DNA of 37,903 nucleotides from a virus (IMGVR_UViG_3300014656_000012:1-37903); one strand, 5' to 3'. Numbered from the stretch's first letter, positions 1 through 8,849 are shown. Numbers and translations: made by a program. The notes: generated by a model not told the origin, from the letters alone.

Positions 1-123
1 CTTCGAAATGATGATATATAGTAGGAGTTGAACCAGCAATTACACCCAGGTGTCCTTTCCATGTTATCGGCTCTCCACTTGTTCCCACGAATTTAGTCAT
101 CTCTCCATCGTATATCATACGGA
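1..123. repeat. Terminal direct repeat, left copy (circular assembly overlap)
   Basis: 1-123 is identical to 37781-37903, and an ORF reads continuously across the junction. Confidence 0.97.
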
Positions 124-499
124 ATTGTGAAAGTATTGTAGCCCTGGATTCTGCCGCCTTTGAGAATAGTACGGTAAGGTCTGACATTACTATTATTCCT
201 TTCTTACCTATCCTATCTAATAGAGATGGTGATGCAGAACCCTCTTTAACTTTCATGCCGGATAGAAAGGTATTCTCGGTAAGGTCATCTATTCTGTGTA
301 AGAACTTTGGATCAGTAAGTGCTAGCGGTCTTAGTATTTGAGACTTACCACCTGATGATGCGCCAATAATGACGAGCCATATAGGATCACCGAGTTGCAG
401 TCTCGTGGCAATCACTGAGGCAAGCGCTACATCTATTATGTTGGTATCCTCAAGATACTGATACTTTTCTATTTCTAATTTTAATTCTTGTAGTTTCAT
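1..499 (-). CDS. MCM-like AAA+ helicase, N-terminal part (continues at 37780 down to 37005; ~424 aa total)
   Basis: ATG at 499 overlaps the upstream TGA (ATGA). Translates MKLQELKLEIEKYQYLEDTNIIDVALASVIATRLQLGDPIWLVIIGASSGGKSQIL (Walker A) ... GIIVMSD (Walker B-like), and is in frame with ORF 37005..37898 across the overlap. Confidence 0.8.
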   Translation of the reverse strand, partial: MKLQELKLEIEKYQYLEDTNIIDVALASVIATRLQLGDPIWLVIIGASSGGKSQILRPLALTDPKFLHRIDDLTENTFLSGMKVKEGSASPSLLDRIGKKGIIVMSDLTVLFSKAAESRATILSQFRMIYDGEMTKFVGTSGEPITWKGHLGVIAGSTPTIYHHFE

Positions 500-1116
500 T
501 GTAGAGCTTTTAATGCTGTTTTGAAGTCACAGTCTTTTAATTTTTGATAAACTTTTATAACGTCTCCCCACTCACCGCACCCGTAGCACTTAAATGTATT
601 GGCTTTTTTTTTATAGTGCATCGACCCGTATTTCTCTTCGTGCCATAAACATTTACAAAACCCAGATTTATTAAATTCTAACAACTGATCCATCGGAAAC
701 TGTTTTGCTTTGTCTATTGATACAATAAATGACTTTGATTTATTTTCTAAAATAAAATTATTTCTCTTTATAATAATATCGTTTGCTCTTTTTGTTATAC
801 CATTGAATGTTTCTATAAGTTCAGTCCAGAAACACTCAGACTTTGCTTTTATGTAAATAGTGTCCGCATTTTCTTTTTGTGCTTCTACTAATAGAAGGTT
901 GGACTCTTTTGCGATTCTCGATTGTTTCTTTAACACTTCTTTATTCTCTGGGTGGATTTTTAAATCTTCCAACACATCTCTTAATGTTGGTATCTTTATT
1001 ATCTTAAACTTTTTATTATTATCCCAACCTTTAATACAAAAATCACCACCCAATAACGCTCTACTGTTATCAGATGGTGATTCTTTTATTAAAAAATTGT
1101 GCGTAGAGCTTTGCAT
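496..1116 (-). CDS. CHC2 zinc-finger protein (primase-type Zn-binding domain, no TOPRIM domain)
   Basis: C-terminal CLWHEE...FKCYGCGEWGDVI...DFKTALKAL matches the DnaG CHC2 zinc-finger pattern; translationally coupled to the helicase. Confidence 0.85.
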   Translation of the reverse strand: MQSSTHNFLIKESPSDNSRALLGGDFCIKGWDNNKKFKIIKIPTLRDVLEDLKIHPENKEVLKKQSRIAKESNLLLVEAQKENADTIYIKAKSECFWTELIETFNGITKRANDIIIKRNNFILENKSKSFIVSIDKAKQFPMDQLLEFNKSGFCKCLWHEEKYGSMHYKKKANTFKCYGCGEWGDVIKVYQKLKDCDFKTALKALQ

Positions 1117-1123
1117 GGATACT

Positions 1124-1161
1124 ATTATAAGTCTTTGTAAGTAGTTAGCAACTGTGGATAA
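1124..1161 (-). promoter_or_regulatory. Sigma70-type promoter with adjacent perfect DnaA box; leaderless start
   Basis: Minus strand: TTATCCACA (1161-1153), G, TTGCTA, 16 nt, TATAAT (1129-1124), 7 nt, ATG at 1116. Confidence 0.7.
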
Positions 1162-1331
1162 GTATTACAGCACATAAAGGGGTGTCCTTACAAAGATGAG
1201 TATGTTTGGGTAAGGGCTTGTCAAGTTTTTAGGAATTTTAGCATTTTTATAGCTATATTTATAGCCCTATAATGAAAAAACGACCCTTTTTGAGTCGTTT
1301 CTATATTCTTAGCCGTTTCTTTTCATTAAAT

Positions 1332-1362
1332 TTGACAATTCGTGAAAGTGGTGTGATATAAT
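1332..1362 (+). promoter_or_regulatory. Sigma70-type promoter (extended -10)
   Basis: TTGACA at 1332-1337 and TGaTATAAT ending at 1362 (19-nt spacer); followed by the long hairpin at 1391-1444. Confidence 0.5.
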
Positions 1363-1546
1363 GGCTAGGGATATAATCAGGATTTTGGGTGGAGAAGTTA
1401 AGCTGGCGCTATGGCTGTGAACAGCTATAGCTTTAGCTTACTCCCTTTTGTAAAAAAAGTCAAGACTCTAAGTGTGTTATGATATATGGCCGGGCTTGTT
1501 GTCAAGTTTGGTTGATTTTAATATTTATATATGTTATTATTGATAT

Positions 1547-1828
1547 ATGAGAAAGAACTTATTAAAAAGACTAGAAAAACTATTTGTTGCGAGAGAAAAA
1601 TATAAAAAACTTGAAAGAGAAATATATAAAGTTTTTGAACAGTCGGATATTGGTAATCATGAACTTTTTGATGGTACATTTGCTTATATAGGGGAAAATA
1701 CTAAATATGAATATTCAAAAGAATTTACAAAGACTATTGAAGATTTATATAAAAAGGAAAGGAATATAGGTACGATTAAGAACAAAAAGACTTTATACGT
1801 TAAATTTATTAAAAAAGATGAAGAATAA
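1547..1828 (+). CDS. Hypothetical protein
   Basis: 93-aa ORF with A/T-rich leader; codon usage like the rest of the genome. Confidence 0.7.
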   Translation: MRKNLLKRLEKLFVAREKYKKLEREIYKVFEQSDIGNHELFDGTFAYIGENTKYEYSKEFTKTIEDLYKKERNIGTIKNKKTLYVKFIKKDEE

Positions 1829-1988
1829 CTATAGTATTGCAGCCCTTAAACGCATTGGAGATACCAAGAAACAAAGGTCGGTGATTATGTCGGAACGTAG
1901 ACGCATAGGCTGGTCCCGCAAAACTAAGGCAGAGAGGTTGGCGCATAGTAGGGTAATGAATGGTGCGAGGTGGCCTAGTAAGAAATAA
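1818..1988 (+). CDS. Small basic hypothetical protein (56 aa), possibly nucleic-acid binding
   Basis: Read by hand (below ORF-track cutoff): MKNNYSIAALKRIGDTKKQRSVIMSERRRIGWSRKTKAERLAHSRVMNGARWPSKK; overlaps the upstream stop and fills the gap. Confidence 0.6.
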   Translation: MKNNYSIAALKRIGDTKKQRSVIMSERRRIGWSRKTKAERLAHSRVMNGARWPSKK

Positions 1989-2009
1989 AATGGTATAATT
2001 TATATACAT

Positions 2010-2246
2010 ATGGCCTCAGAAGATGCAAAAAATGTAGCTAGGGAAGTATTAGAAACTATTGGAAATGGAAATAAAGTAGTTTTGGGTAAGATTATAAAAA
2101 GACATGGTTACTCAGATGTTACGGCAAAAGTCCCTTCAACTGTAACAGAAACTAAAAGTTATAAAGAAATAACTGAGCCTTTTATTAATAAGATGATGAA
2201 AGACACAATAAAAGAAAGAAATAGAAGATTTAAAAATAGAGATTGA
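2010..2246 (+). CDS. Short HTH-like protein resembling the N-terminus of phage small terminase-like proteins, possibly truncated
   Basis: GKIIKRHGYSDVTAKVPSTVTETKSY resembles the 'GYS..TA' HTH of terminase small subunits; TATAAT lies shortly upstream of the ATG. Confidence 0.5.
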   Translation: MASEDAKNVAREVLETIGNGNKVVLGKIIKRHGYSDVTAKVPSTVTETKSYKEITEPFINKMMKDTIKERNRRFKNRD

Positions 2247-2425
2247 ATTGGAGAATAGAGCTCAGAGATTTTATTGGTGCGATAACCGAGGGAGTAAGTT
2301 TTTATAGCCAGCTTCGGCTGTGTGCGAAACTGAAATGAGGACACTCGCCCTGTTTGCGTTCTAATGGAGAACGACGAGCCAATATTTAAAGGGATGCCTT
2401 AATCTCTGAATCCTGTTCTTCAATT
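2246..2425 (+). ncRNA. Unassigned multi-stem structured element (~180 nt)
   Basis: Nested pairings: 2246-2258/2413-2425 (13 bp with G-U), 2262-2270/2401-2409 (9 bp perfect), 2272-2277/2379-2384; inner hairpins 2303-2322 and 2357-2373. Confidence 0.55.
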
Positions 2426-2440
2426 GGTCTAAAACAAGAG

Positions 2441-2477
2441 TTATGCACATTGCAGTTTAGTGTGGAAGTAGTATAAT
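2441..2477 (+). promoter_or_regulatory. groEL promoter with DnaA-box-like site
   Basis: TTATGCACA (2441-2449) directly followed by TTGCAG, 16 nt, TATAAT (2472-2477). Confidence 0.6.
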
Positions 2478-2506
2478 ATAATTATTAGTAACAACTTTTT
2501 TTAAAA

Positions 2507-4198
2507 ATGATAACTGAACCAAAACTATTATTAGAAGCACAAAAATCCGTTTTAAATGGTGTAATGAAAGTTTATAACACTGTTAAACTCACACTCGGTC
2601 CAGATGGAGTAAATGCTCTTTTACCCAGAACATATAATCGTGGACCGAGGATCACAAATGACGGAGTAACTATTTCTGAAAACATTAATCTCAAAGATCC
2701 ATACGAAAGGCTAGCAGCCGAAGCCTTTAAAGAGGCATCTAAAAAGACAAACGAACTAGCTGGGGATGGAACTACTGGAACCGCAGTTATCGGAGGACAC
2801 CTTATTCAATCTATATTTAAAAATAAAAGCGAGGTTGCATCACTTGGAACAAATAATGAAAAAGCAAGTGCTCGTGTAATGAGGAAACAGATGAAAGACT
2901 CTAAAGAAATAGTTATCGCAAAGATAAAAGAGTCGTCAAAAATAGTAAAAACACTTGAAGATTTAGAAAAAATAGCCGTTGTTTCCATAGGAAAAGAAGA
3001 CGAAGAAGTAGCAAAGAAAGTCGCCAAACTTGTTTGGGACATTGCTCGTGATTCAGAAGGTAATTTTGTTGATAGCCACATAGATGTTGTTGAAGGATAT
3101 AAAAGTGAAGTAGAAATAGAAAAAATAGAAGGTATGAAATTCCCAGCAAAGGCTATAACTGGCTTTTTAACTAACCCAGAAAGATTTGAAATGGTAGCCG
3201 AAGATGTTCCTGTTTTCATTACAAACTACAAACTTGATAATCTAGGAGAATTTTTAGAAGCATTTAAACCTCTAGCACAAACAAAACTTGTCTTATTCTC
3301 ACCTGAATTTTCAAACCAAGTGCTTATATCAATAGCAGACGCAAGTAAAAAAGGTGTATTCTTTTATCCAGTAAAATGTCCCTCACTTAGAACAGAACAA
3401 CTTGAAGATTTAGCTGCTTATACTGGTGCAATCGTGATAGATAAAGAATCAGGTAGAAAATTAAAATCAATTTGTAAGGATGATTTAGGTTTCGCTGCTA
3501 AAATAGTGGTTAAAGATACCGAAAATAGAGAAGATGCTGTTTTGCTAGGAGGTAGAGGTATAAAACAAATTTGTATAGAAAATCAAAAAACAAGAATACA
3601 GAATAGAATTGAAACACTTAAAGGACAACTAAAAGAAGCTAGAGATGAATTTGTAAGAATTAGTCTTGAAAGGAGAATAGCTAACTTATCTTCTGCTGTC
3701 GGAGTAATCAGAGTAGGAGCTTCAACTTCAAAAGAAGGACTATATCTAAAACTAAAGATAGAAGACGGACAATATGCCTGTAAATCTGCTTTACAAGAAG
3801 GATATGTAAAAGGAGGAGGTCTTTGTTTAAAAGAAATAGCTGAATCACTACCTGAAGATGATATTTTAAGAGAATCGCTTTTAGCTCCATATAATCAGAT
3901 ACAAGAAAACTCTGGCATTTTAGATATAGGAGAAGATATTATTGACCCAACAAAGGTGGTAAGATTAGAGGTAGAACACGCAGTAGGAGTCGCCGCAACA
4001 ATGATAACGATAGGAATAAATATGCCTGATATACCAGAAATTGAACCCGGTGAAGGATATGCTTTGATTGCTAAAGCAATAAACAGATACGCTTACTATT
4101 TCGTAAAGCAACAAGGACTTATAAAAAGTTCAGAGGACGAAATGGAAAGAGATAGGAATGCACAATTTGAGAATATTTTAAATAGTGATAGAGGTTAA
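2507..4198 (+). CDS. groEL: Group I chaperonin (GroEL/Cpn60-like)
   Basis: Chaperonin motifs VKLTLGPDG, ITNDGVTI, AGDGTTG, EGMKF, LEDLAAYTG, ERRIANL...VIRVGA, KIED, EGYVKGGG, IIDPTKVVR. Confidence 0.95.
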   Translation: MITEPKLLLEAQKSVLNGVMKVYNTVKLTLGPDGVNALLPRTYNRGPRITNDGVTISENINLKDPYERLAAEAFKEASKKTNELAGDGTTGTAVIGGHLIQSIFKNKSEVASLGTNNEKASARVMRKQMKDSKEIVIAKIKESSKIVKTLEDLEKIAVVSIGKEDEEVAKKVAKLVWDIARDSEGNFVDSHIDVVEGYKSEVEIEKIEGMKFPAKAITGFLTNPERFEMVAEDVPVFITNYKLDNLGEFLEAFKPLAQTKLVLFSPEFSNQVLISIADASKKGVFFYPVKCPSLRTEQLEDLAAYTGAIVIDKESGRKLKSICKDDLGFAAKIVVKDTENREDAVLLGGRGIKQICIENQKTRIQNRIETLKGQLKEARDEFVRISLERRIANLSSAVGVIRVGASTSKEGLYLKLKIEDGQYACKSALQEGYVKGGGLCLKEIAESLPEDDILRESLLAPYNQIQENSGILDIGEDIIDPTKVVRLEVEHAVGVAATMITIGINMPDIPEIEPGEGYALIAKAINRYAYYFVKQQGLIKSSEDEMERDRNAQFENILNSDRG

Positions 4199-4224
4199 TT
4201 TATTAGTTTTAATTAAATAATAAA

Positions 4225-4359
4225 ATGCCAAACTCAAGACAATCAAAAAATATAATATATTCAAAAGGTAAAGTATCAGCAAGAATGCCAATGAAGAAAC
4301 ACATGATGAGTGATGGAAAGATGATGTTGGATAAAGATATGAAAAAGAAAATGAAATAA
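4225..4359 (+). CDS. Small Met/Lys-rich protein (44 aa)
   Basis: Read by hand: MPNSRQSKNIIYSKGKVSARMPMKKHMMSDGKMMLDKDMKKKMK; A-rich leader, abuts the next ATG. Confidence 0.6.
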   Translation: MPNSRQSKNIIYSKGKVSARMPMKKHMMSDGKMMLDKDMKKKMK

Positions 4360-4536
4360 ATGAGCAAAATAACAACCTTAAAAATCATAAGGAAGAATGA
4401 CTTAGATCCAAGAATACCAATTCAAGGCTTCAAACGACAAGAAGTAAAATGTCCTAGATGTGGTAAAACACACTTAATAAGCATAGGTCAGATAGTCAGA
4501 TGTAAATGTAGGAGGAAGAAAAATCTACCAAAATAA
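4360..4536 (+). CDS. Small Cys-rich (zinc-ribbon-like) protein (58 aa)
   Basis: Read by hand: MSKITTLKII...EVKCPRCGKTHLISIGQIVRCKCRRKKNLPK; ends just before the terS ATG at 4538. Confidence 0.65.
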   Translation: MSKITTLKIIRKNDLDPRIPIQGFKRQEVKCPRCGKTHLISIGQIVRCKCRRKKNLPK

Positions 4537-4537
4537 A

Positions 4538-5065
4538 ATGGCAGCTCCCAAAGGAAACAAATATAATAAAGGAAATCACGATACTGGTAGACCCAGTAAG
4601 TTTAAGTCTTCTTATACTGAAGCAATAATTAAATTTTTTGATATAGAACCATACAAAAAGGAAATAATGGAAAAGAGTAAAGAATACTTTAAAGATGGAC
4701 AATTAAAAAAAGAGAGTGAAAAAATAAAACATATGCCTAATAAGATGCCAACACTATATCGTTTTGCTAGAAAGATAGGTGTTGAATATTCTACAGTCTG
4801 GAGATGGGCAGAAAAAGGTGAATGGGATGGAAAAGATAAAGACGGAAAAGAGACTACTATTGACAAAAACTTTAAAGACTTTTGCAATTCCTATAAGGCG
4901 GCTAAAGAAATACAAAAGGAATTTCTTATAACTATTGGGCTTGCTGGTGCTGCACCTGCCCCATTTGCAATATTTACAGCGAAGAATGTTACTGATATGA
5001 GAGATAAACAAGAACAAGAGGTTACACATAAAGGTTCAATTATTTATTTACCTCCTAAAAAATAA
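4538..5065 (+). CDS. terS: Terminase small subunit
   Basis: MAAPKGNKY...GRPSKF start, HTH (PTLYRFARKIGVEYSTVWRW), AIFTAKN...MRDKQE; directly upstream of terL. Confidence 0.85.
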   Translation: MAAPKGNKYNKGNHDTGRPSKFKSSYTEAIIKFFDIEPYKKEIMEKSKEYFKDGQLKKESEKIKHMPNKMPTLYRFARKIGVEYSTVWRWAEKGEWDGKDKDGKETTIDKNFKDFCNSYKAAKEIQKEFLITIGLAGAAPAPFAIFTAKNVTDMRDKQEQEVTHKGSIIYLPPKK

Positions 5066-5067
5066 TT

Positions 5068-6414
5068 ATGGTATGGAAACCAAATGACGGTCCTCAAACA
5101 TTATTTCTTGAAGCTGTTGCATCAGGGGAATATAATGAAATTATGTATGGAGGTGCAAGAGGAGGAGGAAAAACTGATGCCGGTATTATGTCATTGCTTT
5201 ATGAAAAGGAAGAACCCCTATACAGAGCTTTAGTTATAAGAAGAAATGCTGATGATTTAAAAGATTGGTCTGATAGAGCTGATATGTGGTATTCAACACA
5301 GGGATTTGAAAAAACAGGAAACCCAGCTGAATTTGTAAGCACTTATGGTTCTAAAATAAGAACAGGACATTTAAAAGATGCAAATGCTTATTCTAAATAT
5401 CAAGGTCATCAATATCATAAGATTTTAATTGAAGAGGTTACTCAAATACCAACAGAAACAAATTATCTGAAATTAAAAGGTTCGTGTCGTTCAAATGTTG
5501 TCGGTATAAAACCTTGTATGATATCAAATTGTAATCCTGATGGACCGGGATTTTATTGGCTTAGAAGCAGATTTAATATAAAAGGTATTCCAACAAAACC
5601 AATAATCACAGTTGATGAAGTAACTGGACTTAAAAGAATATTCATACCAGCAAGACTTGCAGACAATCCGCACTTATTAGAAACAGATCCTGCCTATAAA
5701 CTTTATCTTGATGGGTTGCCTGATGGTTTAAGAGAAGCATGGAGAGATGGATCATGGGAAGACCCAATAATTAAAGGAGCTTACTATACCAAAGAACTTG
5801 ACCAAGCAAGAAGAGAGGGAAGAATTAAAACTGTCCCATTTGACCCTAAATTAAAGGTTCACACCGTTTGGGATTTGGGTATTGATGACTCAATGTCCAT
5901 AGGTTTTTGGCAAAGGACAGCAATAGACATTCGCTTGATAGATTATTATGAAAATGAAGGATTTGGACTTGACCATTATTTTGAGATATTAGAAGAGAAA
6001 AAGAAAGAACTTCATTATAATTATGGAACTCACTTTGCCCCACATGATGCAAACAAAAGAGAATTAAGTAGTGGTAAAACAATAATTCAGTTATCTTCTG
6101 AAATGGGTTATGATTTTGAAGTAGTCCCAATTTCAGGTATTCAAGATGGAATACTTGCTGTTAGGTTAATGTTGCCTAGAGTATATATAAACGAACCATT
6201 ATGTAGTCAAGCATTATCAGGCTGGAGAAATTATAAAAAGAGATGGAATGAATCATTATTAAAATTTGATGATGAACCAGTACATGATTTTGCTTCTCAT
6301 TCTTCCGATATGTTGCGATACACTGCAATGATAGAAAACCAAATGACAAATGGAGAAACAATTAAAAAATCTACCTCTCGCAAACCTGAATGGAAGTCAT
6401 ATAATAGAAGATAA
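5068..6414 (+). CDS. terL: Terminase large subunit
   Basis: Walker A YGGARGGGKT, Walker B ILIEE, coupling motif SNCNP, RNase H-like nuclease VWDLG...D and PVHDFASHSSDMLRY. Confidence 0.95.
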   Translation: MVWKPNDGPQTLFLEAVASGEYNEIMYGGARGGGKTDAGIMSLLYEKEEPLYRALVIRRNADDLKDWSDRADMWYSTQGFEKTGNPAEFVSTYGSKIRTGHLKDANAYSKYQGHQYHKILIEEVTQIPTETNYLKLKGSCRSNVVGIKPCMISNCNPDGPGFYWLRSRFNIKGIPTKPIITVDEVTGLKRIFIPARLADNPHLLETDPAYKLYLDGLPDGLREAWRDGSWEDPIIKGAYYTKELDQARREGRIKTVPFDPKLKVHTVWDLGIDDSMSIGFWQRTAIDIRLIDYYENEGFGLDHYFEILEEKKKELHYNYGTHFAPHDANKRELSSGKTIIQLSSEMGYDFEVVPISGIQDGILAVRLMLPRVYINEPLCSQALSGWRNYKKRWNESLLKFDDEPVHDFASHSSDMLRYTAMIENQMTNGETIKKSTSRKPEWKSYNRR

Positions 6415-6416
6415 AG

Positions 6417-6467
6417 TTATCCACTGTTTTAGTTTTTTCTTTACTTTACTTTTAAAAATAGTATACT
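6417..6467 (+). promoter_or_regulatory. Portal promoter with DnaA-box-like site; near-leaderless
   Basis: TTATCCACT (6417-6425), TTTACT (6440-6445), 16 nt, TATACT (6462-6467), 9 nt, ATG at 6477. Confidence 0.55.
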
Positions 6468-6476
6468 TATATAAAC

Positions 6477-8417
6477 ATGATTTCAGATATTTACAAAACT
6501 GATGCAAAAGTATCAAATTATCAACCCCCTAAAGTGGTGCGAGATCTTATTTCCAATGTAGTAAAACCCGACTACGAAAAAGGTGATGAGATATTAAATA
6601 CTCCTTATGTAGAATTAAATAACCTATCACCACTTGACAGAAACGACCGAGATCAAAGAACTTTTAACGCTTTCGTAGATGAAAACATAGAAGACCCAGC
6701 AGAAGCATGGAAATGGCGAGGTACACGAAGCAAAGCTAGAAACAAAGCAATAGCACTCCACTCACATATAACTTCTGGCTATGTTATTCCACAGTTTATG
6801 GCTCAAAACGAGAACGATGAAGAAGATGTAACATTTTCAGACTTAATGAGAGATGGTGTAGAATGGATGGTAAACAATTCTGAATATAAAAACTCCTATG
6901 TTTCAGTTGCTATGGGTATGCTTGTAAACACAGTAACTTATATGGGTGCTGAATATAGCGATGTCTTCCAAAAGATTAAAGAAAAACAAGAAGACGGAAG
7001 CTATACTAAAAAAGAAATACTTGACGAAACATTATCAGGTTTCAAAGCCCCTTTATATACAACAGACCAAATTTTAATAACAAATGCCTTTCAACCAAAT
7101 ATTCAAAGGCAAAGATGTCTTATAAAAAGAAGATGGATTGAATACTCCGAAGCAGAAGGAAAGTATGGCAAACACGAAAACTGGGATTATGTTATGCCCG
7201 GAACAAATATAACCTTTAATGAAGAAGACGGACTGTTTTATGATGTAAAAGATGACGACCACAGCACACTCGTAGAAGAATGTATTTATCTAAATAGAAA
7301 AGAGGACATAGAAGTTCCTTTTGTTGGAGGTGTTTACATGGGAGATAGTGATATTGAAGCTAATCCTATTAAGCATAGAGATAATAGAAACGCCCCTAAA
7401 TATAATATTACACCTTTCGGATATCAAAGAGTAAATGAGCATTTTTACTTTTATAAGTCTATGATGAATGCAAACTATTGGGATAATCAATTGCTTGATG
7501 CCCAATATGAAATGACAATGAATAGAGGATTTCTTGATTTATATCCACCTATCGCTATTACAGGACAAGATGAGTTTGATGAAGATGTAGTATTTCCCGG
7601 AGCACAACACTCTTTCAAAGATAAAGAAACAAAAGTCGTTCCTATACTTCCAACAGCAAACCTTTCAGCAATGTTCGCTTCTATTGGTAAAGTTGAAGCT
7701 TCTATGGAGGAAGGAACAATATCTGATTTAAGTGCAGGACAAGCCCCAAGTGTAGGACAAACAGCTACAGCTATTGCTATAGCCAACGCCAATGCTAAAC
7801 AAATGCTTCAAGGTGTAGGAAGAACGCTTGCTATGTCAATGGTCCAATTTGGAGGGCTTATGGCTGATATATTCATTACTCACTTAACAGTGCCTTTAAT
7901 TGACGAATTAAGCGGAGATAGCGATAAATTAAGATACAGAACATTTGTCTTGCCAAAGAAAATGGTAAAAGGTAAAGAAGTTTCAAAGGTTATGAAGTTT
8001 GATGACTCGCTTCTAGGGGCTGAAATGACAGATGAGCAAAAGACTTCAAAGGAAATGAAAATGCTTGAAGAAATAGGATACCCAGACCACAAGAAACATT
8101 TATATCTTATCAATCCTGAAGTATTTGCCCGCTTTAAATATCTAGCATATTGCGAGCCACAAACAATGTTCCCTAAAAACCAAGATACATTAAAAGCAGA
8201 AATGGAAGACTTATACAGAACACTAAGACAAGATCCGTTTGTTTCAGCTGAAGGTTTAGTAAAAGACTTATTACACACACATAATAAAGACGACCTTTTG
8301 CAAAAACAACAAGTGGGGGGTATAATTGATGCAACAGGAGGAATGAAAGGTCAAAAAGCAACAAATATAGCAGAAGATGTTATTAAAAAGGCAGCAGTGC
8401 CAAGTTTGGGTCAATAG
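6477..8417 (+). CDS. Portal protein
   Basis: 646 aa directly after terL; GQTATAI resembles the 'TATE' motif of podoviral portals. Confidence 0.85.
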   Translation: MISDIYKTDAKVSNYQPPKVVRDLISNVVKPDYEKGDEILNTPYVELNNLSPLDRNDRDQRTFNAFVDENIEDPAEAWKWRGTRSKARNKAIALHSHITSGYVIPQFMAQNENDEEDVTFSDLMRDGVEWMVNNSEYKNSYVSVAMGMLVNTVTYMGAEYSDVFQKIKEKQEDGSYTKKEILDETLSGFKAPLYTTDQILITNAFQPNIQRQRCLIKRRWIEYSEAEGKYGKHENWDYVMPGTNITFNEEDGLFYDVKDDDHSTLVEECIYLNRKEDIEVPFVGGVYMGDSDIEANPIKHRDNRNAPKYNITPFGYQRVNEHFYFYKSMMNANYWDNQLLDAQYEMTMNRGFLDLYPPIAITGQDEFDEDVVFPGAQHSFKDKETKVVPILPTANLSAMFASIGKVEASMEEGTISDLSAGQAPSVGQTATAIAIANANAKQMLQGVGRTLAMSMVQFGGLMADIFITHLTVPLIDELSGDSDKLRYRTFVLPKKMVKGKEVSKVMKFDDSLLGAEMTDEQKTSKEMKMLEEIGYPDHKKHLYLINPEVFARFKYLAYCEPQTMFPKNQDTLKAEMEDLYRTLRQDPFVSAEGLVKDLLHTHNKDDLLQKQQVGGIIDATGGMKGQKATNIAEDVIKKAAVPSLGQ

Positions 8418-8462
8418 AAGATTTTTTGGTCGGTAATTTATTAAAATAATATTTAAAATATA

Positions 8463-8849
8463 ATGAAAGAAGCAATAAAAGATGCAAAAATAGTTGGTGG
8501 ATATACACTAGAAAATGCAAGTAAGGTTACAAGAGCTTTACAAGTAGTTTCAGATGCAAAAGGAGGTTATGATGACAGTGCTTTACTCGCAGAATACGAC
8601 AAAACAGGAGGATATATTACAAAAAACGGTGATAAAGTTAAAATGGGTTCGTTCTATGACTTTGCTAATAAGAAAGCTAGAGTAGAGCCAAAAGTTATCT
8701 TTATTTTTAATGTAAACGGTCAATTCGTAGATGTACCAGCAGGAGAAGAAATGCCAGGAGATGTTAAAGCAACAAGAATCTTAAAAGCCAAAGTAGAACA
8801 ATTAGAAGAAGAAGAAGTAGAAGTTAAGCCAAAGAAAGGTAAGAAATAA
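8463..8849 (+). CDS. Hypothetical protein (head module)
   Basis: 128-aa ORF with acidic then basic C-terminal tail; located between portal and scaffold. Confidence 0.7.
   Translation: MKEAIKDAKIVGGYTLENASKVTRALQVVSDAKGGYDDSALLAEYDKTGGYITKNGDKVKMGSFYDFANKKARVEPKVIFIFNVNGQFVDVPAGEEMPGDVKATRILKAKVEQLEEEEVEVKPKKGKK

Noticed and set aside
1-123. 123-bp terminal repeat as a biological direct terminal repeat of the virion DNA
   Set aside because: It falls in the middle of the helicase ORF and is an exact overlap, as expected from circular assembly; true genome ends cannot be inferred from it.
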